A DNA stretch of 64,000 nt. Source: Opitutia bacterium (GTDB lineage Bacteria; Verrucomicrobiota; Verrucomicrobiia; Opitutales; Seribacteraceae). Made by a program: the position numbers and the translations under genes. A model generated the notes under the pieces. The model was not told the DNA's origin, searched no databases, and saw only the letters and a program-made list of their open reading frames with translations. The stretch spans positions 15,751 to 79,750 of the forward strand of contig NYYP01000011.1 of the NCBI GenBank assembly GCA_002686835.1, read 5' to 3'. The first letter of the stretch is position 1; the number at the start of each line of letters is the position of its first letter. Below are positions 29,717-39,676 of the stretch, piece after piece.

Positions 29717-30867
29717 GTTTGCCCAAGAAACTCGTCTTGCTCGGAGCGACCGGATCGATTGGAGAAAGCTCCCTCCGTGTAATTCGTAAGCATTCAGACA
29801 AACTCCAGCTTATTGGCATTTCAGCATATCAAAACGGAGAGAAACTTGCGGCCATAGCCCAAGAATTCGGGGTGCAAAAAGCTCATCTGCACCAAAAACC
29901 AGCTAAGGATCTTGCCCTTCCATTTGGCACCAAATTTTCCTCCGGTGTCCAGTCTTTGCTTGAACTTGCAGCATGGGATGAAGCAGACATAGTTTTGGTC
30001 GCTGTAGTCGGAGCGACCGGATTAGCACCGACTCTTGCCGCACTTGAAGCAGGGAAAGATGTGGTTCTTGCAAATAAAGAGTCCCTCGTAGTCGGTGGTG
30101 AGCTGGTTATGGAGACTGCGCAACGAACGGGATCTCAAATTTTTCCCGCTGATAGCGAACACAATGCGGTTTTTCAATGCCTTCATGGACAACCTGAAAA
30201 ATCCCTGGATTCTCTAGCTCTCACCGCATCAGGAGGCCCCTTTCGGGACTGGCCCTTGGAAGATTTAACAAAGGCGACGCCCCAGCAAGCCTTACACCAT
30301 CCAAATTGGAACATGGGACCTAAGATAACCGTGGACTCAGCAACCATGGCAAACAAGGGCCTCGAATTGATTGAAGCAAAGTGGCTCTTTAACTTACCAC
30401 CAGAAAAACTTCATGTATTGATCCATCCGCCCAGCATAGTTCATGCAATTGTTCGGTTTAAGGACGGGTGTAGTTTTGCCCAAATGTCCCCTCCTTCGAT
30501 GACCTTCGCCTTACAGAATGCCTTGCTTTTCCCGGAACGCCACCCAGGCGTGGAGAAAGGGATCGATTTGTCCACCCGTTTTGACCTGGCTTTTTTCCCA
30601 CCTGAAATGCAGCGGTATCCCTGCCTCAAACTAGCAACTGAGTGCCTACATAATGGTAGCTCTGCACCACTTGTTTTTAATGCCGCCAACGAATTAGCGG
30701 TAGATGCATTCCTTGCGAATCGAATTGGCTTTGGTCGCATTTCCCACATTATTGAAAGTACTTTGAATCTTTTTAAACATCGCCCCTATCACGACCTTGA
30801 CGACCTGCTTTCCCTCGACCAAGAAGCACGTATCTTAGCCGAGCAAGAAATTGTTCAGGTTGCCTAA
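29713..30867 (+). CDS. dxr: 1-deoxy-D-xylulose-5-phosphate reductoisomerase
   Basis: LGATGSIG, LANKESL, DSEHNA, HPNWNMG and NKGLE motifs. Confidence 0.97.
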   Translation: MSLPKKLVLLGATGSIGESSLRVIRKHSDKLQLIGISAYQNGEKLAAIAQEFGVQKAHLHQKPAKDLALPFGTKFSSGVQSLLELAAWDEADIVLVAVVGATGLAPTLAALEAGKDVVLANKESLVVGGELVMETAQRTGSQIFPADSEHNAVFQCLHGQPEKSLDSLALTASGGPFRDWPLEDLTKATPQQALHHPNWNMGPKITVDSATMANKGLELIEAKWLFNLPPEKLHVLIHPPSIVHAIVRFKDGCSFAQMSPPSMTFALQNALLFPERHPGVEKGIDLSTRFDLAFFPPEMQRYPCLKLATECLHNGSSAPLVFNAANELAVDAFLANRIGFGRISHIIESTLNLFKHRPYHDLDDLLSLDQEARILAEQEIVQVA

Positions 30868-30892
30868 GAACTGCTAATTAGGACCTATTTTC

Positions 30893-32380
30893 ATGACCAT
30901 GCTTTACGACATAGCTTTTTTGTTTGTCGCCCTTTTTGCACTTGGGTTTACCATTTTTATTCATGAACTAGGCCATTTTTTGGCCGCCCGCCAACGGGGC
31001 TTACTTATTACCCGATTCTCCATCGGTTTTGGCCCAAAGCTATTTGGATGGACCCGCAATGGTGTGGAGTATCGACTCTCGGCAATTCCTTTCGGAGGAT
31101 ATGTCGCATTACCTCAACTCTCAGACATGGGGAGACTGGAAGGAAGCGAAAGCAATGAAGACAAGACTTTAGACCATCCTGAAAATCGAAAATCCGCCTG
31201 GGATGATTTCGAGGAAGATGAGGAAAACGAGACAGAAAAAGAAGAACCCCTGCCCAAAATCTCATACACAGATAAAATGATCGTGTCTGTAATGGGTGCA
31301 GTTTTCAATATTCTGCTCGCTTTTATCTTATCCACCGTCCTGTGGTTTTTTGGATATGATGTCACAGATGCCCAACTGACTACAAAAATTGGCTTTGTTG
31401 CCGATACTGTAGAACGATGGAACCCATTGGTTGAGGAGGGCGAAGAAGTCACTTCTCCAGCCAAGAAAGCAGGTCTCTTGGCAGGTGATGAAATTTTAGC
31501 AGTAGATGGTTCGCCGGTCGACGATTTCATGGATATTCAAAACCGGATTATTACAGGCAAACAACAAACCGCACAGGGTCGGAGACTTCTGAATTTAACC
31601 ATATTGCGAAATAATCAGGAAATGAAATTTAAGGTTTACCCAGAAGTCTGGGGACCTGAAGAAATGAGGGTTATCGGCATTGGGCCGAAGGAAACCTTCT
31701 TTATTGGTGAACTCTCGCCTGACATGCCAGCTGTAGAGGCTGGCTTGCAGGTCGGCGACCAACCAATTTCTCTAAATGGCAATGCCATTCATTCCTTTTC
31801 TCAACTCGTTAATCAATTGAAGAAGGTCGACCAAAACCAAAGCGTTGCATTGACTGTCCGCCAGGGAGGAGAACGCGGTCCTGAAAGAACCTTTGAAATG
31901 GTTCCAATAGAAAAAGAACTTTTAATAGCAGGAATTCCGAGCATCCGCAAAATGATCGGTTTCCGGCCGGACTTTAAGATTGTCACCACCTACCCCAATC
32001 CGCTCAAACTGATCTACAGTAGAGTAAAGGATATGTACCTTACCTTAAGTGGTCTGGTAAGTCCCGCCTCTGATGTCAAACTAAGGAACATGAGCGGACC
32101 TGTTGGAATCGTCAACCACCTGAGTGTTTTTGCAAAAATTGGCTTTAAAAAACTTTTGTGGTTTGTGGTTTTCATCAATGTCAACCTCGCCATTCTTAAT
32201 CTGTTACCCATTCCCGTTCTTGATGGTGGACATATGCTCTTTGCAACCATTGAAAAATTACGTGGAGAACCCTTACCGCTTGCCTTTCTCGAAAGAGCCC
32301 AGGTTCTCTTTGTCGCCCTTCTTTTCTCTTTCATGCTCTATGTCACCTTTTTTGATGTACAACGGATTCTTCCGTTTTAG
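30893..32380 (+). CDS. rseP: Site-2 intramembrane metalloprotease with PDZ domains
   Basis: HELGH and NLLPIPVLDGG motifs; two PDZ-like segments. Confidence 0.95.
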   Translation: MTMLYDIAFLFVALFALGFTIFIHELGHFLAARQRGLLITRFSIGFGPKLFGWTRNGVEYRLSAIPFGGYVALPQLSDMGRLEGSESNEDKTLDHPENRKSAWDDFEEDEENETEKEEPLPKISYTDKMIVSVMGAVFNILLAFILSTVLWFFGYDVTDAQLTTKIGFVADTVERWNPLVEEGEEVTSPAKKAGLLAGDEILAVDGSPVDDFMDIQNRIITGKQQTAQGRRLLNLTILRNNQEMKFKVYPEVWGPEEMRVIGIGPKETFFIGELSPDMPAVEAGLQVGDQPISLNGNAIHSFSQLVNQLKKVDQNQSVALTVRQGGERGPERTFEMVPIEKELLIAGIPSIRKMIGFRPDFKIVTTYPNPLKLIYSRVKDMYLTLSGLVSPASDVKLRNMSGPVGIVNHLSVFAKIGFKKLLWFVVFINVNLAILNLLPIPVLDGGHMLFATIEKLRGEPLPLAFLERAQVLFVALLFSFMLYVTFFDVQRILPF

Positions 32381-32398
32381 CCGTAATAAGAATAAATC

Positions 32399-34429
32399 AT
32401 GGGTTCGGTGACTCCCTACTGCGTCTCCCGTTTTAATTCTATTCGAAGGAGCACCAGAGAGGTCAACATAGGTAATTTAAGCATAGGCAGGCAAAAACCG
32501 GTACGGATACAGTCTATGACAACGACTGACACCCTGGACATTTCGTCCACTGTCCGACAAACTATCGAACTCGCCGAAGCTGGTTGTGAAATCGTTCGTA
32601 TTACCGCACCAAACATCAGAGCAGCTGAAGCACTCAAAGAAATTTCCACTCATGTTAGGGCGGCAAAGATTACAGTCCCTTTGGTTGCAGACATTCATTT
32701 CATGCCACAAGCCGCAATGGAGGCGGCAAAACATGTGGAAAAAGTAAGGGTGAACCCAGGAAATTATGCGGACAGGAAGAAATTTCAGACCCGCGAATAT
32801 TCGGATACCCAGTACGAGGAGGAACTCGAACGGTTGCATGATGCATTTAGCCCCCTGGTACACAGATGTAAGGAACTGGGTCGGGCAATGCGCATCGGCA
32901 CCAACCATGGATCACTCTCTGACCGTATCATGAATCGATTTGGTGACTCCCCCAGAGGAATGGCTGAGTCTGCCTTAGAATTTCTACGGATTGCCCGTTC
33001 CCATGGCTATCATGACCTGGTATTATCGATGAAATCAAGCAATCCAAAAGTCATGATTGAAGCGTACCGATTGGTCGTTTCCCTGATGAATGAGGAAGGT
33101 ATGGACTACCCCTTGCACCTGGGTGTTACTGAGGCTGGAGATGGGGAAGATGCACGGATCAAAAGTGCGATTGGAATTGGCTCTCTTCTTCTTGATGGGC
33201 TGGGTGATACCCTGCGCGTCTCTTTAACTGAAGACCCTGTGGCAGAAATTCCTGTGGCTCGAGATCTTGCCAGACGTGCACATAAATGGTGGGAAACAGA
33301 GCAGTCTATGACTGAGGAACCCAAAGAAGCAATAGATCCCTTTCTTTACCAACGTCGCTCATGCCCATCACTTTCGCTTGCTGGTGGAAAATTGTCAGTT
33401 GGAGAAAAATACCCTCCCGTGGTTTTGGCATCCGCTAGCCAGCCCCTTTGTAAAGTTGAAGAAATTGTTCAGCATACTGCCCGTGTGCAATCAGCAGGAA
33501 AGGATGCACCCGTTGAAGGAATGATTATTGAAGTGCATAAAGATAGCGATCTCTCCCATCTAGAGATTTTGCGGGCATCGGTATTGGGGGCCGTGCCCTT
33601 AATTGTGATTGATGATTTACGCGAAGATCCATCGCATGATCTTCCCGAGGCTCACAGTTCATCTCCCGAACTTCTTTGGCATGGTGCCTCTTTGAATGGA
33701 CAAGATTCTGACCTTGCACGTTTCCTTGCCCACTGCGAAAACGCGGGGCATCGCCCATGCATCTCGCTTCCGGGAACCAAAATTTCCTCCGGTGCAGAGC
33801 TTCTTCTCAGTGGCTCTTCTGTCAAACCGGTGATCACTCTTAAACATCCTTCCCCTTGGAATAATCCGGTGGCGGGATATCGTGCTCTCGCCGCTTCCTT
33901 GAAAGAGTCAGGTTTATCTTTGCCCCTTTGGATTCGTAACACCTCGAGCAACCGGCTGCATCCCACGGACGATTTTTCCTCGGGCATACTGCTCGATTCC
34001 TCCATTCTATCTGGGTCTTTACTATGCGATGGGATTGGCGATCTAATCTCTGTAGAGCACATGGGATCACTGGATCGCAATCGAGCATTGACTTACAATA
34101 TCCTCCAGGGCGCCCGTGCCCGTATATCGAAAACTGAGTTCATCGCTTGCCCGAGTTGCGGTCGCACCCTGTTTGACTTACAAAGCACCACCAAATTGGT
34201 AAAGCAGGCCACTGGACATTTGAAAGGAGTTACCATCGCGGTGATGGGATGCATTGTTAATGGTCCAGGAGAAATGGCAGACGCTGATTTTGGCTATGTT
34301 GGTTCTGGACCGGGCAAGATCGACTTATATGTGGGTAAAACCAGAGTAACATCTGCGATACCTCAAAAGGAGGCAGTTGACCGATTGATCGATCTCATTA
34401 AAGAAGAAGGGAGATGGATAGATCCCTAA
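32399..34429 (+). CDS. ispG: HMBPP synthase, long form with insertion domain
   Basis: QSMTTT, RIGTNHGSLS, HLGVTEAG, CPSCGR and MGCIVNGPGE motifs. Confidence 0.96.
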   Translation: MGSVTPYCVSRFNSIRRSTREVNIGNLSIGRQKPVRIQSMTTTDTLDISSTVRQTIELAEAGCEIVRITAPNIRAAEALKEISTHVRAAKITVPLVADIHFMPQAAMEAAKHVEKVRVNPGNYADRKKFQTREYSDTQYEEELERLHDAFSPLVHRCKELGRAMRIGTNHGSLSDRIMNRFGDSPRGMAESALEFLRIARSHGYHDLVLSMKSSNPKVMIEAYRLVVSLMNEEGMDYPLHLGVTEAGDGEDARIKSAIGIGSLLLDGLGDTLRVSLTEDPVAEIPVARDLARRAHKWWETEQSMTEEPKEAIDPFLYQRRSCPSLSLAGGKLSVGEKYPPVVLASASQPLCKVEEIVQHTARVQSAGKDAPVEGMIIEVHKDSDLSHLEILRASVLGAVPLIVIDDLREDPSHDLPEAHSSSPELLWHGASLNGQDSDLARFLAHCENAGHRPCISLPGTKISSGAELLLSGSSVKPVITLKHPSPWNNPVAGYRALAASLKESGLSLPLWIRNTSSNRLHPTDDFSSGILLDSSILSGSLLCDGIGDLISVEHMGSLDRNRALTYNILQGARARISKTEFIACPSCGRTLFDLQSTTKLVKQATGHLKGVTIAVMGCIVNGPGEMADADFGYVGSGPGKIDLYVGKTRVTSAIPQKEAVDRLIDLIKEEGRWIDP

Positions 34430-35265
34430 CCAACCAAACCCCTGACCTTTCTGCGTTAGATCATTCAATTAAGGAACGCGTTCTTGCCGGACATCATGCA
34501 GTCCTGGCTCAGGTTGATTATTTCCGTGCAAACTTTGGAGTTGCACAAAGCAGGTGGAAAAGCGACGGCACCCGCGTTACAGAAGTGGACGAAAACATTT
34601 CGGAAGACTTGTTTGCCCATCTTAGAAAATTGTTTCCGCAAGATAACTATTGTTCGGAAGAATCTGCAGAGGCATCCAAACCTGTTATTTTAAATGGAGA
34701 ATTTACCTGGCTTCTCGACCCTGTCGATGGCACCAACAATTATGCGGTTGGTGTACCCGAGTGTGGGATCTCTATGGGCCTCCTAAGAAATGGAGTCCCC
34801 GTCTATGGATTCATTTATGATTACGGTCGAGATAACTTATTACAAGGAGGTCCAGTAGTTGGCTCGATTGAAGGAGATCGTCGGGTTTATGTATCGGAAA
34901 ATTTGGTAAATGAAAAACTCACATTCTGCATGCATTTCCCCATCCCAACCGCCGACCTAGATTCCCTGCGCGATGTCCTGCAAGAATGGCGCATTCGATG
35001 CCCTGGCTCTGCCGCTGTTGGCCTGGCAAATGTTGCCACCGGAAGACTGGACGGATGCCTGGAGTTTCGCTCGAAACCATGGGATTGTGCTGCAGGGCAT
35101 GCCATATGCGAAGGAGCAGGTGCCAGGTTTCACTTCGTTAGAGATCCTGCTTTCCCAATGAAGACTTTTAGCCCAGCTATGGGACCATGTCCATTTCGGG
35201 TTGGGTCGGAACACTTCCATAAGGAAGTTTGCCAGGCACTGGGAATTACTGATCACAGGATTTAA
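34414..35265 (+). CDS. Inositol monophosphatase family protein
   Basis: SEE, DPVDGTNNY and PWDCAAG motifs. Confidence 0.88.
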   Translation: MDRSLTNQTPDLSALDHSIKERVLAGHHAVLAQVDYFRANFGVAQSRWKSDGTRVTEVDENISEDLFAHLRKLFPQDNYCSEESAEASKPVILNGEFTWLLDPVDGTNNYAVGVPECGISMGLLRNGVPVYGFIYDYGRDNLLQGGPVVGSIEGDRRVYVSENLVNEKLTFCMHFPIPTADLDSLRDVLQEWRIRCPGSAAVGLANVATGRLDGCLEFRSKPWDCAAGHAICEGAGARFHFVRDPAFPMKTFSPAMGPCPFRVGSEHFHKEVCQALGITDHRI

Positions 35266-35316
35266 TTCCCCCTTGACCGAACGCTCTTGATTCGGTTTAT
35301 TTCAACCTTTCCTTAA

Positions 35317-35390
35317 GCGGGCATAGTTTAGGGGTAAAACCCCAGCCTTCCAAGCTGGTGTCGACGGTTCGATTCCGTCTGCCCGCACCA
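35317..35390 (+). tRNA. tRNA-Gly(TCC)
   Basis: GCGGGCA...TGCCCGC acceptor stem, CCAGC-CTTCCAA-GCTGG anticodon arm, GGTTCGATTCC T-arm and encoded CCA. Confidence 0.97.
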
Positions 35391-35415
35391 TTCTAAATAT
35401 TACTTTAAACCTAAT

Positions 35416-36168
35416 TTAGAATGCCAAACGCACCGCTTCCTCAATCATAAGCTTTTGGGCTGAGATACGAGTCCGTAAAGATTCCTCCGATGGTGTTTCA
35501 ATGGTAAAGTTTCTCGAGCCATGCTTTTCTAACAGATAAAGAGCTTCTGGAATTCCATCTTCAGGTGGATTATCTATTCTTGGTCTAATAACCCCATTGT
35601 GAACCGCTCTACCTTCAATTGTTTCCCTCCTGTCCAGAGGTAGTGATTTTTTTCCGGCATTTAATATATTATCCGCCCAGGAATCTTGGTTATTTCCGAT
35701 GTACGGATCATACAAATAAATACCATTGGCATCAAAATCTTCGTGCAGGTTTAGAGATAATAAAATGGATATTTTTTCCAGGCGTAAGAAAATTTTTTCC
35801 GTAAAGGGATGCTTATCCATCCCCCATATACGATTAAGATCCTGTCCTCTCTTATCAGTGCGGGAGTTATGAACAAAACCCCATGGGTTTAAGCATGGGA
35901 AAAGAATGATTGGAATACTGGTTAGAATATCGTGACTCTGTTTCGCCCAATCCAATAATCCCCAGCATGCAGCTACTTCATCCCCATGAATTCCAGATGA
36001 AATATACAAAGCTGGTTCATTCCTTTGAACCAATTGATTAGATATCTCAAAAACCGGAAATTGATCATAAACGGTTAATTTATTAAAAATGAGCGAGTTC
36101 TTCTGTGATATAGTACGCCATTGGTCAATGAGTGCCTGGTAATTATGGGCAGAGTGATTGGCATGCAT
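35416..36168 (-). CDS. M14-family metallocarboxypeptidase / desuccinylase-aspartoacylase-like protein
   Basis: GIHGDE, NPWG, DLNR, LHED and TIETPS motifs. Confidence 0.8.
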   Translation of the reverse strand: MHANHSAHNYQALIDQWRTISQKNSLIFNKLTVYDQFPVFEISNQLVQRNEPALYISSGIHGDEVAACWGLLDWAKQSHDILTSIPIILFPCLNPWGFVHNSRTDKRGQDLNRIWGMDKHPFTEKIFLRLEKISILLSLNLHEDFDANGIYLYDPYIGNNQDSWADNILNAGKKSLPLDRRETIEGRAVHNGVIRPRIDNPPEDGIPEALYLLEKHGSRNFTIETPSEESLRTRISAQKLMIEEAVRLAF

Positions 36169-36259
36169 AAGAATTTATCTAGATCAATTCTACCAACTAG
36201 CCAACTTCGTAAAGGAAGATGGATTGACCGAATAATCTTTTGGGCATTAATTGACTAAT

Positions 36260-36760
36260 ATGTCCCATGCTTTGAAGATTTTGTTGCTTGCAATCCTTTT
36301 AACCTCATGTGGTGGAAGTGGAGTTACAGTCACCAAAAGTCAAACGGTAGAATACTTGTCCAAAGCCTTTAGTAAATCCAAGGCTTGGTTTAAGTCAACT
36401 GACGGAGAAGCAGTAGGGAGAGACGGCCCACCGCCACCGTCCCATCTCCAACCAACTGCACGACAGGCACTTGATCATAGAATCAATCAAAACTCTGCCA
36501 AACGAATGTCCAAAAAAGATTACACACGGGCAATCAAAAGGTTGGAAAGCTCTATCCCTGATTTAGAAAAAGAACTGGGGGAAAATAACATCGAGGTCGG
36601 CGAGACTTATTATACCATTGGGTCAATGTACCTCATCCAAAAAAATCCCAAAGCAGCAAAATCAGCATACACAAAGTCGTTGAAAATCTTTTCAAATTGG
36701 CTGGGTGCAGAACATCCCAGGGTTTGGCAAGTTAAGGACAAAATCAACAGAATTAACTGA
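36260..36760 (+). CDS. Lipoprotein with TPR helices
   Basis: Lipobox LTSC; TPR-like segment VGETYYTIGSMY...AYTKSLKI...LGAEHP. Confidence 0.7.
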   Translation: MSHALKILLLAILLTSCGGSGVTVTKSQTVEYLSKAFSKSKAWFKSTDGEAVGRDGPPPPSHLQPTARQALDHRINQNSAKRMSKKDYTRAIKRLESSIPDLEKELGENNIEVGETYYTIGSMYLIQKNPKAAKSAYTKSLKIFSNWLGAEHPRVWQVKDKINRIN

Positions 36761-36777
36761 CCCGGAGATTGTTACTC

Positions 36778-37485
36778 TTAAAAAAGCGAAGCCATACCTT
36801 CGACAGTAAAAGGCATGGGTGTTTCTAAATCCTCTAAAACTAAATCTGCATGGGTAAAATCATGATCCTTGGCAAACTCGCTTGGTGTAACAACGCATAT
36901 CATACCTGCATCTTTTGCGGCCCGCATACCATGAGAGGTATCCTCAAGTACCGCACAGGCACTGGTTGGGACTGAAGCTCTTTTAGCTGCTAGCAAATAT
37001 ATATCAGGGGCAGGTTTATGCCTCGGAGTCGATTCTCCGCCACAAAACGCGGCAAGAGAGTCAAGAAATTGCTCACCCAGGGCAGCTTCAACCACTTTTT
37101 CTGCCGCCCAGCCAACACAAGCGGTTGCGATAGCAGTGGGAATCCCAGCTTCCATTACCTCAGTAAAAAAGCGGACAATACCAGGCCTTAACCCAAGAGT
37201 GCCATTACCCAAGTCTCGGGTAATCAATTCAACATACAGTTCGGTTTTCCGCTGGTATAATTGGACCTTTGTTTCACGATATTCGTCCTCGGGTAATTTC
37301 ATCCACTCAAAAATTTCCCGAAACTTATTGCCACCCATGGTTTGCAAACGAGCTACATAATCCTGTTTGCTCCATGTTTGTTTTAAACCCAACTCATTGA
37401 ACAAAGCATTATAAGCTAATCGGTGATAATCTTCAGTTTCCAGAATGGTTCCATCCAGGTCTGAGATGAACAGTTTTAGATTCAT
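36778..37485 (-). CDS. HAD-IA phosphatase, CbbY-like
   Basis: DLDGT, HRLAYN, KPAPDIY and EDTxxG motifs; ATGA-coupled to the kinase. Confidence 0.85.
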   Translation of the reverse strand: MNLKLFISDLDGTILETEDYHRLAYNALFNELGLKQTWSKQDYVARLQTMGGNKFREIFEWMKLPEDEYRETKVQLYQRKTELYVELITRDLGNGTLGLRPGIVRFFTEVMEAGIPTAIATACVGWAAEKVVEAALGEQFLDSLAAFCGGESTPRHKPAPDIYLLAAKRASVPTSACAVLEDTSHGMRAAKDAGMICVVTPSEFAKDHDFTHADLVLEDLETPMPFTVEGMASLF

Positions 37486-38876
37486 TGTTTTGTTGTCTTC
37501 TCTGCACAAAGTTTTTGAAAACTCGTGTATCTAACATTTCTTCGTTCATCAGACAGGCAACTCGGGTCCACTGTCTTTATAACTTTAACTAAGTCACTGG
37601 ACATATCACCCACGGACTTTGTATAATATCCTGCTGCGGCGAGTATCGCTGCACCCATCGCGGAATTCGGGTATTGAGGGACCAGAATTGATCGTTGCAA
37701 AACATCAGCCCTAATCTGCAAACCAAGTTTACTTGCAACAGCTCCTCCGGTTGCAAAGATTCGATTACCAACCTCTGCTCCGAGCTCTTCCAACAATTCG
37801 TAAGTCATTTTTTCGACAAAAGCCAAACCCTCTATGCAGCTCAGAAAATATTCATTTGGGCCAAAGTCTCCCTTATTGCCAAAAGGTAAAAAATGTGGAT
37901 CAGAAAAAGGTAAGCGTTCACCTTTCCGAATAGAGGGGTACACAAGCCCGGAGTGGACCTGATTGCATGAAATCTCTTTTTCCAGTACTTCGATACGATC
38001 CCCAAATTCTGCCTTTAATATTTCACCCCCTGCATTAGATGCACCACCAGGCATCCAGTTGCCATCAGGATGACGATGACAATAAATCCGACCTTGAGGA
38101 TCAAATATCCGCTTGGATGATATCCCTTTTACCGCCAATGTTGTCCCAATTGTAGTTGACCAATCGCCAATCTTACCTGCACCAGAGGCATAAAATGCCG
38201 CATTTGAATCAGTTGCTCCACTTACCAACAAACAGCTCCCTTTTAAGGACCACCTGTTTTGATGAATCCTTGAAATTTGGCCGATGACCTCTCCAGGTGC
38301 AACAATTGGAGGCAAAGGCATCCCTGCAAGAGTTTCCGGCCATTCTTTTGCTTGCAAATCAAGACCTGACTTCATCGCATTGGTGAAATCAGTGGGAATG
38401 TCAACTGATCCACACAACCATGCATTTAGAAAGTCTGTTGCGTGTAAAAACCTCACCTCATCCGGAAGGCAGAGATGTTGGTTCATCCACAAAATCTTAG
38501 GCAAAGAAAAAGAGGGAGAGCAATCGCCATCAAATATATCTTTACATAATTCAGTCTCATTAATGGAACGCATATCATTGTGCAAAAGTGCGGGCCCAAG
38601 TGGGGCTGCATCACTATCGACAGGCAGGACCGTTCCGGAAGTTGAATCGACCGCAACCGCTAAGATATGCCGGTTTTTAGGTTCAGAAAAAAGTTCATCA
38701 AGTGCACTTTCCAGAGTATGAATCCAATCATTTGCATCTTGCTCGGATTCACCTGGGTTAGCGGATAAATTTAAACGAGATAAAGATCTTTGTACTTCAG
38801 ATGAAACAAATCCCTCTTCATTGACAATAATGCAACGAACTCCACCAGTACCCAAATCTATTCCCAAGAAAGACAC
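37482..38876 (-). CDS. FGGY-family carbohydrate (pentulose) kinase
   Basis: GIDLGTGG, VDSTSGT, TDSNAA, PGGASNAGG and GERLPF motifs. Confidence 0.9.
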   Translation of the reverse strand: MSFLGIDLGTGGVRCIIVNEEGFVSSEVQRSLSRLNLSANPGESEQDANDWIHTLESALDELFSEPKNRHILAVAVDSTSGTVLPVDSDAAPLGPALLHNDMRSINETELCKDIFDGDCSPSFSLPKILWMNQHLCLPDEVRFLHATDFLNAWLCGSVDIPTDFTNAMKSGLDLQAKEWPETLAGMPLPPIVAPGEVIGQISRIHQNRWSLKGSCLLVSGATDSNAAFYASGAGKIGDWSTTIGTTLAVKGISSKRIFDPQGRIYCHRHPDGNWMPGGASNAGGEILKAEFGDRIEVLEKEISCNQVHSGLVYPSIRKGERLPFSDPHFLPFGNKGDFGPNEYFLSCIEGLAFVEKMTYELLEELGAEVGNRIFATGGAVASKLGLQIRADVLQRSILVPQYPNSAMGAAILAAAGYYTKSVGDMSSDLVKVIKTVDPSCLSDERRNVRYTSFQKLCAEKTTKQ

Positions 38877-38954
38877 TTCAGTATCATTTCTACAATCTGC
38901 CTAATTGGCAATACGAACTCAGTTTTGAAGCATTTTCATATATCACAGCCCCAC

Positions 38955-38983
38955 TTGACATTTGGTGCATTTACACTTAGTAT
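38955..38983 (+). promoter_or_regulatory. Sigma70-like promoter of paralog A
   Basis: TTGACA-N17-TAGTAT, 11 nt before the ATG at 38995. Confidence 0.6.
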
Positions 38984-38994
38984 GTATTTGCATT

Positions 38995-39552
38995 ATGAAA
39001 AGGGTTTTGCCTCATACTTTTGAACTTGGCGACATAGTTGTTGAAAAGAATACCAGCTTTGGAAGAAAAAGAGTTGGAGAAATTGTTTTTATCACAGAAG
39101 GGAAGAGACCAAAGCTCAGACTTATAGAACTCTCACCAAGGAGCTTGTGTCCGAAATTTAATGGCAATTATGCTAGGCTTCGCCATTTCAGCACTCTACG
39201 GGAAAATTGCAGAAAACTACGGGTTATAAATATTAAGAAAAGAAAAGTATTTCAACTAGGTGATGTAATTAGGCACAGAAGACATAGCTCTTTTAGGTTC
39301 GGACTAATTGTCGGTTTTCACCATCCTGATGGTTTATACAGCGACTCCTGGGAAAAAGGCTACAATGGCAAGGATATGATTGAATGTGTCGAAATTAGTG
39401 GACGGTCCGGTTTACCTCGTAAGCGAGATACAGATGGAAGAATTAAAAAATTTGAAATTGGTCCTTCAAATGCAAAAATGTGCGAGGTTCTCCCCATGGA
39501 TCAAAATGGGGGGGTAAGAATTAAAGATTACTATTTATTGATCAGTTCTTAA
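38995..39552 (+). CDS. Hypothetical basic protein with tandem KOW/SH3-like repeats (paralog A)
   Basis: Clear paralog of 39677..40258. Start chosen downstream of the predicted promoter. Confidence 0.75.
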   Translation: MKRVLPHTFELGDIVVEKNTSFGRKRVGEIVFITEGKRPKLRLIELSPRSLCPKFNGNYARLRHFSTLRENCRKLRVINIKKRKVFQLGDVIRHRRHSSFRFGLIVGFHHPDGLYSDSWEKGYNGKDMIECVEISGRSGLPRKRDTDGRIKKFEIGPSNAKMCEVLPMDQNGGVRIKDYYLLISS

Positions 39553-39584
39553 AAACATTTTTTCTAGCCAGCACAAAGCTCGGG

Positions 39585-39606
39585 TTGGTAAAATTAATTT
39601 TGCCAA
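39585..39606. repeat. 22-bp near-perfect palindrome between the paralogs
   Basis: TTGGTAAAATTAATTTTGCCAA, one mismatched pair. Confidence 0.7.
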
Positions 39607-39676
39607 AGCATCACAATTATCTCAGTTTGAGTATACCCTTGCTGCCCTAAATCTTTTCTCATTCAACCTATGCCCT

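Noticed and set aside
31140-31250. Acidic low-complexity insertion in RseP (DDFEEDEENETEKEE)
   Set aside because: It falls in a loop known to vary in length among RseP proteins.
32399-34429. IspG nearly twice the E. coli length
   Set aside because: This is the known long form with an insertion domain found in PVC bacteria, Bacteroidota and plants.
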